Shown piece after piece: positions 13,301 through 24,859 of a stretch of DNA of 64,000 nucleotides. Source of the DNA: Ginglymostoma cirratum (taxonomy: Eukaryota). A program made the position numbers and the translations under genes. The notes below the pieces were generated by a model. That model was given only the letters and a program-made list of their open reading frames with translations, did no database searches and was not told the origin of the DNA. The stretch covers positions 7,913,485 through 7,977,484 of the forward strand of contig JAHRHZ010000268.1 of the NCBI GenBank assembly GCA_024137785.1, given 5' to 3'. The first letter of the stretch is position 1. The number at the start of each line of letters is the position of its first letter.

Positions 13301-14407
13301 TGCCACATTTTCTTTAAAATATTGACAGGTCCAATGTATATTGTCATGCCCACGTAAGGAGAGGTGAATTAGTTCCCCTCTTTTCGTCATTCTTGGTTGG
13401 TTACAACAAATAAATTTTAATTGCAAAGAATTCAGGATAATAAAACTGTAATTGAAAAATATTGATAGTGATACCACTGAAATCCCCTCCCCAATCTAAG
13501 GACCTCCCCAACATTCCAGATTAATAAAGCCTCAAATCAATTGCAAATTGTTAACTTCCAAGGAACACGTCGGCTACATGAAGCATTCTGACCACTGAAG
13601 ACTGCCGTGACAGCCACTTTAAGTAATTTTTCTCTCACACCTACACTCTATCTCTAGGGTAAGTGGGAAAAAAATGTTTTGGCCATATTCATTCAGTAGT
13701 TTCATCTTGATATTTACAAAGTAAACATAAATCACTTTGAGATTCACCTTCATGGTGTATGAAACCATCGAATGTCCTGTTGGATTTACAGCCTTGTATT
13801 CCCTCTTGAGTTTATATTATCCCCTGTACACATTGCCTGAATTCTTCAATTAATTTGCATCCTACTAATTGCTGTTAGTTATTTATTGTTCGACACGTAA
13901 CCAATCTCAACTGCTTGATTAAATTGGTGATTTGTAATCAGCCCCAGCTATTCATTGTTGTGCACAGAAAATATTTGTACTGCTCAATAAGACGAATGTG
14001 ATGTATTCATTATTGTTTTAATCGTGGAATTTTCTCATTGCAGTACTCATTGCTTGTCTGAAAATATTATTTCAAAATGACAGCTTTCCGCTTAGTTGAC
14101 AATGTTCAAATTCCTGCTTTTGGAAGGTGTTTCACAACAAGGATTCTGTCATTTCTAAATGCATGTTCAGACTAGCAAATGCAAAGATACATCGAAATAC
14201 CAAGTAGTGTAATAGCCTAAAAGATAGGAGCGCTTTCCCATGAATGCCTAGGCAACTAAAGTTATTCATGAGCTTTTACAATTCAAGTCAATGAACTACA
14301 GTGTGATTGCAAATGTATAACTACAGATTCAGAGCCAACAAGGTCAGTGCTGAATAGTTATGGAGTTATTGCACAATGAAAATGTTTTTCAAATAGTCAT
14401 CAAGCCA

Positions 14408-14690
14408 TGCAGAGCTTGAGTATTGCTGTAAAGTGAGACATTTAGTCTGTACTTTTCATCATGCACTCATCAGGACAGTTCACAAGAACACTAACGTAAG
14501 GGGAAAAGCAATATTTATACTGTATAAGATTATGAGAATTGTTCCGATGAGTGCATGGAACAATTCTCATAATCTTATACAGTATAAATATTGTTTTTCC
14601 CCTTACGTTCGTGTTCTTGTGAACTGTCCTGATGAGTGCATGATGAAAAATGGTGACAAAATGTATTCTTATTCGGCAAAAATCAAACAG
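14408..14690. repeat. 93-bp-arm inverted repeat formed by PLE terminal repeats, with hammerhead-like cores at both outer ends
   Basis: 14453-14545 is the reverse complement of 14557-14649 with 2 mismatches and an 11-nt loop. GTCCTGATGAGTGCATGATGAAAA occurs on both strands. Confidence 0.9.
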
Positions 14691-15906
14691 TTTTACTCTG
14701 TTCTAGGCGAAATTGGCTTCTGGATGCCCAAAGGCAAAAACAGTAGACAGAAAAATATGTTTCAGAAGTGCACCAAATATTTATTGGTAAGCACCAAGAG
14801 GATATGTTGATTGAGATCATTTGATGTGCACAGCAGTGTTAACGAAAAAGCTAGTTCAGAGGCTTAGCTCAGTGTTTCTTTGTTGTACCCCTGGCAATAA
14901 CCTTCTTGGCTGCACAAATGTTTCTGTGACCATACCCTCTTGGTTATTGTTTGTACATTTCTTTCACTATAATTGTAGGTAGCTACTTTTTCCACTATGG
15001 CTAGATCTCTTTACACCTGCAGTAGATGGTGTTAAGCCAGAAGACATCAGACGGCTGTCTACGGTAAGATTTCATTGATTTATTAGGGTAATCGGAGGGC
15101 CAGAACTTTCCGGGACCATTGGAAACAGTCAGGGAGTCAAAATGACATTGGAAAGGCTTGGATGAGAGGGGCTACTCAATGTCTTCCTCTCAACACAGCA
15201 TTTTACTTGGGGTGGTGAACGTGCCAACTGAACTGCCTGCCAGCAGCACAGACCCTAATTGAACCAGTTAAATGTTTCGGTAAGCATATCTTCCCTCTTC
15301 CACTGGCATATTGTGGATGGGTAGACTGCCAGGTAAACACTAGCAGCCTCCAAGCAAGCTCCAGGATTGTGATTCCTCTGTGTAATCCATGGCCCACAAA
15401 GGGCCTGGACTCCCTCTGTCCCATGGAACCATTGTAATAGAACCGACAGCTCCCCACAACAATGACCTCATTGACCTATGCCCACTCTCAATCCTACTAC
15501 CAGCACGAGACTAACTGACTCCAACAGCTCTGACTGCCCTTCCCTGACTATGCAGACACATGGCCATCAATGTGCCTCATCCGCCAGATGCAGACCCAGC
15601 AATGGCCACTGCTATTGGTGGCGCTACTGAACTAATAGTGGTACAGCAGAGCTGCTGGTACTCTGAACCTGGAAGTTTCGAGGTATGGGCCATCATCTTT
15701 TGTACAATTTAACAACTTGATCAATTGCCACCAGCAAAATGCAACCTGGATCCGGCCATCTACCAAAGTGATGTTGTCCCCTCCCCTCAACTCTGGGAGC
15801 AGGACCCCTTCCTCCTCCCTACAATCCAACGAAGGATGTCAACTGCACTTTCTAATTGGACTGAGAGCTGTGTGCACCTCACTGAGTCTGACTGCTTATG
15901 TCCCTC

Positions 15907-16123
15907 AGAGATAGTAAGAACTGCCGATGCGAGAGTCAGAGATAACACATTGTGGAGTTGGAGGAGCACAGCGTGCCAGGCAGCATCAGAGGAGCAGGAA
16001 AGTTGACGTTTTGGGTCGGGACGCTTCTTCAGAAATGGGTCCCGACCTGAAAAGTCAACTTTCCTGCTCCTCTGATGCTGCCTGGCTCGCTGTGCTCCCC
16101 CAGTTCCACAATGTGTTATCTCT
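15907..16123. mobile_element. Family A PLE fold-back element
   Basis: Arms at about 15938-16021 and 16040-16123 are reverse complements; the centre holds the CTTCTTCAGAAA hammerhead end. Confidence 0.85.
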
Positions 16124-17299
16124 GCTTATGTCCCTGGCTGACGGAAAGGGTTAACTCGCTGAAAAAGGCACTTGAACTTTCGAAAAGGCCATTGTCCTTT
16201 GCTTCAAAGGAGATTAGCAAATGATTGTTTTTGAATGTCTATTTCCTAGTACGCAGACATTGACCCAAAATACCTTGTATTCGTGATCACTGGCAGCCAT
16301 GTAATGACGAAATAAAACCCCTCTCAATATTTCCAGGCTGGGGTGTTATAGCCACATAGAAATCATCTGTGGTCTCTCTGCACTTGTAAATCCATGAATG
16401 TAAGAAGTGCTGTCGTTGCTGTTGTAGCTGTTCAATGGGAAAATCATCATGCTGCAGAATACATCAGTCACCTGTTTGATGCATCAGGGTAGTGCATATT
16501 GATTCAGATTGCAGATGTTCCCTGTGAGAGCCTCAAAATAAACAGATGCAGAAAAGTTGAGGATTGTTGGCATACCATCAGACTGTAGTCTACTCGCATG
16601 TAAAAGCATAACTCTGTAACCGTGTCCCTGGTGATCCTAATATGATCTCTGACATTGGGCCTGTTGTCACAGTTGCTTAGTTGACAGTCCCATCATGAAA
16701 ACTCAGGAGGAGGGAGCACCAGGTATCATTACAACTTTTAATTCAATTCCAACAGCCATCGATTGACCAGCCCAACTGTTTAAACAAAGCTACTTGTCAA
16801 AGGGCAAAATGTAACTGGCTTTTAATGCCCATTATAAATGGACCACCCGAGACCATTCTGGGGTGTTACCATGTGGAGCTAGAGTGTTGCAGTAATTATT
16901 CACTCATTTCAATATCAGGCATTTAACAAGTTGTGGTACTTTCTGCAGGACAGCGATCAATAGCTGAAGCTCCTGATTTCTTGGTCCCTGCTCACACATT
17001 TATTGCCAGGGAGACAACTCACACTGATTAAAAACTCCAGGCTACGTGATGATAGCCAGACTACATTCTAAGTTAATGTACAGCTGAGATATTGGGAAGG
17101 CATTCTGGGCTGTGAGTTGAAGTGCTAACCAGTGAGTTAACTTCAAGCATTGTAATGAAATTTGAAATGAACATTCACCTCTGTCTATCCACTGACTAGT
17201 ATTATTGTGGACGATTACCTGTGTCAAGCGATATTGAGGTAGTGAATCCAAGTCATACAGCCACCTGTGCTGTTTCTTATACTAACTTCAATGACATGC

Positions 17300-18660
17300 A
17301 GAGGTCATGTCCCTAATTAGATTCTGGGTCACAGTGTGATACAGGTATCAGTGCTAGGGCAACAATTATTTACAAGATATAACTGCTTTGGATGAAGAAA
17401 GTGAATGTACAACAGTCATGTTTCCTCGTACAAGAATAGTTGGAAGGAAAGTGGTAAGAACAACACAGAGACTTTTTTTAAACTATTCATTCACAGGATG
17501 AGGGCGTCCCTGGCTAATCCATCATTTATTGCCCACATTGCTCTAGGTCTGGAGTCACATGTAGGCCAGACCAGGTAAGAATGGCAGTTTCCATCCCTGA
17601 AGCTCATTAGTGAGCCAGGTGGATTTTTTTCCAACAATCAGCAAGGGGTTTATGTCATCATTAGACTCTTAATTCTAACTATTTATTGACTTCAAATTCC
17701 ACCATCTGCCGTGGTGGGATTTGAACCCAGGTTCCCAGAACATTAACCGGGTTTCTGGATTAACAGTCCAGCAGTAATAATATTCGGCCATTGCCTCCCA
17801 CTACAGATGGATATAGACCGGTTAAGTCAGTGGGCAAAAGCTTGACAAATGGGATATGATGTGGGAAAGTTTGAGGTTATACACTTTGGCAGGAAGAATA
17901 GATGAGCAGAATGTTATTTAAATGGAGAAAGGTACAGAAAGCTGCAGTAAACAGGGATTTTGGAGTCCTCATGAATTAATTACAAAATGCTAGCATCCAA
18001 GTTCAGCAGATCATTAAGAAAATAAATGGAATGTCTGACTTTATTTCAAAAGAGACTGGTGAATGAAAATAAGGAAGACTTTTAAAACTACAGGTCCTAC
18101 CACAGCTGGAATCCTGTGGACTGTTTGGTCCTCTTATTGACAGGAAGATATATTAGCATTGGAAGTCGTTCAGGGAAGATTCAGTGGGCTGATCCCAGGT
18201 ATGGAGGGACTGTCTTATGAGCAGAGATTTGAATGGGTTGGGCCTTTAGCCATTGGAATTTAGAAGAATGATAGGTGGCTTTACTGAAACGTACAAGATT
18301 CTTTGGGAATTTAACAGGGCAAATGTGGAAAGGTTGCTTCCCTTGTGGGAGAGTCTAGGACCAGAGGCCATAATCCCAGAATAAGGAGTCGCCCATTTAT
18401 GACTGAGATGAGGGATAATTTCTTCTTTCAGTGGGCAGTAAGTCTGTGCAATATTTTACTGCAGAAGTTGTAAAGGCGGGTTTATTTAGTATATTCAAGG
18501 CTGAGATAAGAAGATTTTTAATAAGTAAGACAATCAAAGGTTATGAAAAAAAGACGGGAAAACAGAATTGAGGATTATCAGGTCAGCCATGATCTTATTG
18601 AATGACAGAACACACTCGATGATCTGAATGGCCTGTTTCTGCTCCTACATCTTATGTTAT
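17300..18660 (+). mobile_element. CR1 LINE RT-3' fragment interrupted by a SINE
   Basis: LQMDIDRLSQWAK, EVIHFGRKNR, LEFRRMIG-like segments and a CR1 3' UTR ending CCTACATCTTATG. Confidence 0.88.
17475..17800 (-). mobile_element. tRNA-derived SINE (second family) nested in CR1
   Basis: The minus strand has GGGTTCAAATCCCACCACGGCAGATGGTGGAATTTGAA and an A-rich tail at about 17475. Confidence 0.8.
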
Positions 18661-18759
18661 TATTAAACAGAGCTTTTCTGATTTATACAATGGGCAGTCA
18701 TGAGCAAGTACATTCTGTGTGTTGTTTGCAAATTATACTTGAGCTATTACTCTGGGTAT

Positions 18760-19060
18760 CTGTGGCTTAGTGGGTAGTAGTCTTGTCTCTGAGTCATAAA
18801 GTTCCAGGTTTGAGTATTACTCCAGCGCATTGGATACAAAACTCACAGCTAACACTCCAGTGCAGTACTGAGTGACTGCTGCAATGTTGGAGGTGCCTTC
18901 TTTCAGGTGAGACATTGAACCAAGGCCCCTTCTGCCTACTTGGGTGGCTTTAAAGATGTCATAGCATATTTCCCTAAGATCAAGGGAGTTATAACTGGTG
19001 ATCAGGTCAATAATTGTATCTCCAGCAAAAGTAGGTTATCTGGTCATTATCATAGAGCAG
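18760..19060 (+). mobile_element. Deu-domain SINE, 5' part
   Basis: GTGGCTTAGTGGGTAG (A box), GGTTTGAGTATT (B-like), ACTCCAGTGCAGTACTGAG...GGAGGTGCCTTCTTTCAG. Confidence 0.7.
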
Positions 19061-19460
19061 AAGTTTGGAAGAAATCTGGGTTTACTGTCACCAATATCTT
19101 ATATAATCCTAGTAAGACTCCTTTATTCCTGCACTTCAATCTCCTTGAAATAAACACCAACATGCCAGTTACCTTCTTGCATTACTTGGATTGTAAGGAC
19201 ACCCAAGGTATTGTTTGGCTCAGGGCATCCAGGGTTGTGACCCTGTGACAGTGAAGGGATAATGATATAGTTCCAAGTCAGGATAGTGTGTGATTTAGAG
19301 AAGAACTAGCAGGTGGTGGCATTTCCTTCCAGGTGGTGGATGTTGCAGGTTTGAAAGGTGCTGTCGAAGGAGCCTCGGTGCATTACTCATGTGCAACGCG
19401 TCGTTGGTACATGCTGCTGTTACAATGTGTCAGTGGTAAATGGAATGAATGTTAAGCTTA
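19060..19460 (-). mobile_element. Adjacent LINE fragments (CR1 piece, then 11125-family 3' piece)
   Basis: 19230-19400 is similar to 11285-11460 (GATATAGTTCCAAGTCAGGA...GGTTTGAAAGGTGCTGTCGAAGG). Confidence 0.6.
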
Positions 19461-21346
19461 GTGGATGGAGTGGCCGCCCTCTCGATCATCCCCAGAAGTC
19501 CTTGGCTCTTTCCCTGCCCTGCACAATTGGAGAAAATCGGTGCAGTTGATAATGCTGTTGAAGGTTAGAACAAAGTTCAACACAGCACAACCAAGTGGAA
19601 GGAGCTGGATGCTGCTTGTGGAGCCCTGAAATAAAGAAGGAAGGTCTGAAGATAATTGTGGTGAAGAATAGAGCTCTGGCAGGACTGGCTCCCTGTAGCA
19701 AACTGGTGATAGCGGGCATCAAGAACTATCAAAGTGGTTGAAAACCTGAGAAGGGTGACAAGTGAAGCTGTGAATCAGGCAAAGAATCCTTGAAGATGGT
19801 TTAAACTAAGTTCAGTAATACAAGGTGAAAGTGGGTCTGCCTGGATAACCTGAAAAGAACTTCAGGTAGAAATAGGCAACCCAAGGTTTAAGAGCAATGA
19901 AGTTGGCTTGAGATATATTTGAATCATTTGCAATATTTTTCTTTTTCATAAATTATTCTCCTTCAAGGCCCTTGCTTCTTTGTGACTGAGAAATAAAAGA
20001 AATACACAAAAAAAAATCCTTTCATGGAACCCACTTGCAGCAGAAAACAGTGCAATAAGAAGAAAACCAGAATGATATCTTCGAAAATCACCTTTTGGAA
20101 TGGCAGTAAGCAATAGCTCACTGTCTATAGTCTGAGTGCATTTGCAGGCTGACTTTAGGTGGCCTTTCTGTGTAGGTGGTCTTGGAGACAGGTTAAATTT
20201 GTTTGGTTTTATTTTCCACTCAGTTTAACTGTGGCATCTTGCCTACTTGTCGGTCGCTTTGGCTGCTGTTAGCAGTAATTAAGATACTACAAAAATCCTA
20301 CATCCACATACATATTACCTTTATCATGCGTTCAATGCAAAATGCCAGACTACAGTATTTTCACTCTCTGTTTCCTGCCTTTTATTCTCATAACTTGCAG
20401 CCTTACAAAACACTGTCAAGAGCAGACTTTTACTTGAAGAAGGAGCAGTTATAAGATTTTTGGCAGAAACAGAAAGCACTGAATCAATGCAAGTTCTTCG
20501 TTTCTGTTTGAACACAAGGGCGGGAGGATAGAATTGCTGTGAGCAGTATTTTGCTCTTAGCAAATTGGCACTTGATTTTCACCACACCTGATCTTCACAG
20601 TACAATAGTTCAAACTGTTTCTGGAGTCTGGATTTCTAACCTCACTGTCTCTTTCTCATTGAAATTTTTTTTTAAAATCCTGGCAATATTTTCCACATCT
20701 ATGGAAAATAAAAACCAGAGCAGTGTAAAACTGATGGAGGCCAATTTCATTCCAAGCCATTTATACAATGTCCTCTCACTTCTTCTAGTTTTTTCAGAGG
20801 ACGGTAGTCCAAGCTGGAACAAAACTCCACAAATGTCAACAGCCTTCTGCTGTATCCTGTCCAAACAGACTTTTTCTCTCTTGTGTCCTCATTTATTTTC
20901 TACGTTTTTCTCCTGCAGGCCCAGTTATAACTCCAGTGGCTTCCAATGTAAGATAATTACCGAATTGGGCATGCAATTCCGAATGGTGAGTGCCAAAAGG
21001 GGACTGGGAGGGTGTGGATGTCCAGATATCCAATTCTGTCCTCAACCAGTACTCATTCCCATATGACACACATTCCTGTACTTTCAGGAAGGAGTTGTCA
21101 GATGCCATGAGCACTAAACATTATCCTCTCTTAAAGTCAGACAATATATATGGTTAAAATTGTTAGTATTAGAATTGTAAATAACATGCTGAGTGCCATG
21201 TTAATTTTACAGCGCCATTTAATTTGACTGTTTCACTTCATGGGGTATCACAGTTTAATGTATCTTATTTACATTTTCACAGAATGCTGCTTTAGATCAT
21301 GCGGCTAATCACGGATACTGCATGATAGATCCCTAATCCACTGCTG

Positions 21347-21600
21347 TGGACCTGGTCAAGGGGCTGCGCACCGACGACTTGCAGTTTCACATAAGCCTGT
21401 TGGACTATAACCTGGTGTCGTGTGGCTTCTGAGCTAACAAGGTGCAGAGCTGGCTGAACACAGCACGCCAAGCAGCATCAGAGGAGCAGGAAAGCTGACG
21501 TTTCGGGTCTAGACCCTTCTTCAGAAATTTTCTTCTTCAGAAGTCGTGTGACTTTTGACTTTTTCCACCCCAGCCCAACACCAGCACCTCCACATCATGA
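21347..21600 (+). mobile_element. PLE-type short element (family C) with degenerate hammerhead
   Basis: CCTGGTCAAGGGGCTGCGCACCGACGAC (decayed CTGA..GA/stem/GAAA) followed by CCTGTTGGACTATAACCTGGTGTCGTGTG...CCCCAGCCCAACACCAGCACCTCCACATCAT. Confidence 0.55.
21433..21542 (-). mobile_element. Family A PLE element nested in the family C element
   Basis: Minus strand CTGAAGA-A-GGGTCTAGACCC-GAAAC-GTC. 16-bp TSD (14/16) at 21417-21432 and 21543-21558. Confidence 0.85.
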
Positions 21601-23542
21601 CCTAAATGAATTAGAGTTAGGTTTCTTATCACATGTTCTCAAGTAAAGGAGTAAAGTGAAATGTTTACAATGTTGGTCCACACGTTGCCATCTTAGGTAC
21701 CTTGGTACTTGGCTATCAGTAAACACAGCAGAGGCTGAGGATTGAATTTGGCATTTTCCTGCTCTGCATGGCTCAGTAACACAATAGACAATGTAATTGT
21801 CTGATTCACAGATCCATAAGAGGCCACTTTACATTTACAGATCAGAACAAGTTTCTTCACACAGCAGGTGGTAGAACTGTGTCAGACATAATACCGTTTC
21901 AGATTCATTTTATCAAAGAGACTTTTCTTCTTGGTGTGACAGGGTGGGGGAGAGTTGACACCTCATGAAGGAGAATGTAAGAAAGTTTTTTTTTTTCTGA
22001 ATCTGTTTGCATAATTTTTACATTGAATAATTGTGCGAGCAAACCAAATGATGGTATTCTGAGCCATATTTTCTCAGAGACATGTATTGGAGTTGAAGAA
22101 GCATAGGAAATTTTCTGAAGCGATGCTTTGGGTCCTTAAATTGTGGGAATTCTCAGTCAAATAGCTGTTTCATTAACCAAAATATTTCAAGCCTTTGTAA
22201 GGTAGCTGTAATTGGCAATCTGAATAAGAGGTGTGCATTGTGAGAAATGTTTTATATATTCAAGTATTCTTTTATTAAAGAACTTAACTGTTAAAAGAGA
22301 GAATATATATGGTTAAAATTGTGTTAGAATTGTCATAACATGCTGAGTGACTTGTTAATTTTAATGCGCCATTTAATTTGACTGTTCACTTTGTGATGTA
22401 CCACAGTTTAATGTCTTTTATTTAAATTTCCACAGAATGATGCTTTAGATTGTGCTGCTAACCATCGACACTGCACCATAGATCCCTAATCAACTACTGA
22501 AGCCTTGTTTTATGTTCATCAAACATCCAATGAATAAACAGTAAATAAACCAAAGTTTGGACAATTTTGGAGAAAGTCCCATGACAGTCTATTAGTATGC
22601 AAATTCTCAAGTCCAGCATCAGACCCAAATCTTTGATTTGCATTGGTTTCCTGGCGACCAAAGTATTACACACAAAATCCTTAATCTCATCATAAAGCTC
22701 TCTCTGCAACCTTTTTCCAATTGTTTTTCAATTTGCTATACCCCCAATCAGCTTGGATTTCAATTACCTTGGTCTACACATTGAAATGTCACTTGCTGTC
22801 TCTCATCTTCTCTTTCTCCATCTGAAAATCTTTCTCAAACTTTTTGACCAAGCACCCTGTCACCTCTCCCAAGATGGTTTAGTATCTGTTTGTTATTTTT
22901 AATTGCATTTCTTCTCTCATTTCCCAAATAAGTCACTTAGGAACAAAGTCTATGTTCAAGATGACAGATTAATGCCAATTATGTCAGATTATGGTAGGTA
23001 TTTTATACATCTTTGGATAAAGGATGATGTTGTGTTATGCCTCAGTCAACATGTTAGCATGTCTTTAAGAAATATCATCATTGCATCATAAAATGTGCTG
23101 TGAAATTACAATGGATCCATATTTTATAATGCTTGCATCACTTGAAGCACGACATGGTACTTGAAACATGCTCATCGTTACGATTTATTTAGCTTTATGG
23201 TAGCCCAGACACTGATGTACCCATGAATATAATATTTGTATGCAATGATTGTTGAATTCTTCAATATCATCATATCCATGTCCAGTTTCTTAGGTTACAA
23301 GTGAAACTTAAACATTGCTGCGTCAGTTGAAATATGCTACTGGAGGGAAAACTCACATTATTGGAGATTAGGCCGGGCAATAAATAGAGGTGACAATTGA
23401 AAAGTTGCGGGAATTCAGAGGTGAATCACTAGAGCTGATAAAGATTAACAAGCGCCCATCTCATGTCTTCCAGACACAATTGCATCTTCCATTTCCTGGC
23501 AGCAGGTGCTCCACATCTTTTAAGGGAGTAATGAATCATTAT

Positions 23543-23803
23543 AACAGATAACAAAGTGTGAAGCTGGAGGAACACAGCAGACCAGGCAGCATCAGAGGAG
23601 CAGGAAAGCTGACATTTCGGGTCGGGACCCTTCTTCTTTCTGAAAGTTGACATTTCAGGTCAGGACCCTTCTTCTTTCTGAAGAACAGTCACGACCCAAA
23701 ATGTCAGCTTTCCTGCTCCTCTAATGCTGCCTGGCCCGCTGTGTGCCTCCAGCTCCACACTTTGTTATCTCTGACTCTAGCATCTGCAGTTCTTTCTACC
23801 TCT
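23543..23803. mobile_element. Family A PLE fold-back element with tandemly duplicated hammerhead segment
   Basis: Inverted arms; 38-bp tandem repeat at 23604-23641 and 23642-23679; TSD TAATGAATCA(T/C)TAT at 23529-23542 and 23804-23817. Confidence 0.85.
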
Positions 23804-24199
23804 TAATGAATCACTATCTTGTTTCACAAACAGAAGTTGCCAACTTGCTAAAACTAAGTATCTATTCTGTGGTAAGCAAAAAATACAGGCAGATCTGGGA
23901 CAGATCATTGTCTAAATAATATTTTGGGTCAGAAACAACAAATGTTGGCAGTTCGTTTATTGCTATATAATGAATGCATCCTTCTACAAAACATATGAGA
24001 CATTTCCGAACACAAAAGAATATGTGCTTCCTAGTCCTGCACCATTTCCCAATCCTGCTAAACATGAATCTGACTATTTTTCCCTTGGTGCATCCAAGCA
24101 AGAAAGTAGATGATAGGAACAGAAACAACTGTATAATGTGAGCAATCCTTTGTGTATTTTCTATTGCACTGCAATATATATTCCTTTGGGATGGATCTA

Positions 24200-24650
24200 G
24201 CTGGTAGCTTGGTTGAGTCAGCAATGGTTGAGTGGGTAGCACCCTTTTCTCTGAGTAACGAAGCTGCAGGCTTAAGTCTCAATAAAGACCTGAACATGAA
24301 GAATCTAAGCTTACACTTCAGTGTTAACACTGAAGGAGTACTTCATTTCAGGAGTTGTATCTTTTTTTTAAGATGAAACTTTAAACTGATACTGTCTTAT
24401 ATGAACATGAATGATTCTGTGGCACTATTTTGAAGAAAAGCAGTGTGGTTCTCCCCAGTAGCCTGCCTGGTATTTATTACTTAACCAGCATCATTAAAAA
24501 AACTTGTGGCTGATAATGGAACTTGCTATAAGCAAATTGTGTTGTCTCCATTATAACAGTAACTGCACTCCAAAATTACATAATTGGCTGTGAAGTATTC
24601 TGGATATCTAAGGTCATGACAGTACTGTATAAATGCTCGGCTTTTTTTCT
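24200..24650 (+). mobile_element. Deu-domain SINE, near full length
   Basis: GAGTGGGTAGCACCCTTTTCTCTGAGT head, AAGCAAATTGTG core and tail GGTCATGACAGTACTGTATAAATGC. Confidence 0.72.
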
Positions 24651-24859
24651 GATTTCCCATCTCTCCATTAAATCGATTGACTACTGCTGGCTCCTGTTAG
24701 AGACAGACTGAGAGAGAGGGAGAAAGCAACAGACAGGGAAAGAGAGAAGAACTATGAGTCACTTCTTCCAACTCAGTGGGGTATCTGAGGGTGTGGAGAA
24801 GTTAGGTCCATTGCTATGACAATCTCTTCAGAGAGGAGATATCATAATGACGGAGCCAA

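Larger units (their letters stand above)
21143..22499 (+). repeat. Dispersed direct repeat, about 200 bp x2 (21143-21346 and 22302-22499)
   Basis: Both copies begin AATATATATGGTTAAAATTGT, share GCGCCATTTAATTTGACTGTT and CACAGTTTAATGT, and end ATAGATCCCTAATC. Confidence 0.9.

Noticed and set aside
14625-14658. Active hammerhead in the 93-bp hairpin
   Set aside because: CUGAUGA, GAAA and stem I (UGUC/GACA) are present, but helix III and the NUH triplet are mutated on both arms, so it is probably inactive.
14433-14810. 125-aa ORF across the palindrome
   Set aside because: A by-product of the inverted repeat with no protein-like features.
20539-21066. 175-aa ORF
   Set aside because: Non-ATG start, no recognisable domain, no splice support; consistent with chance.
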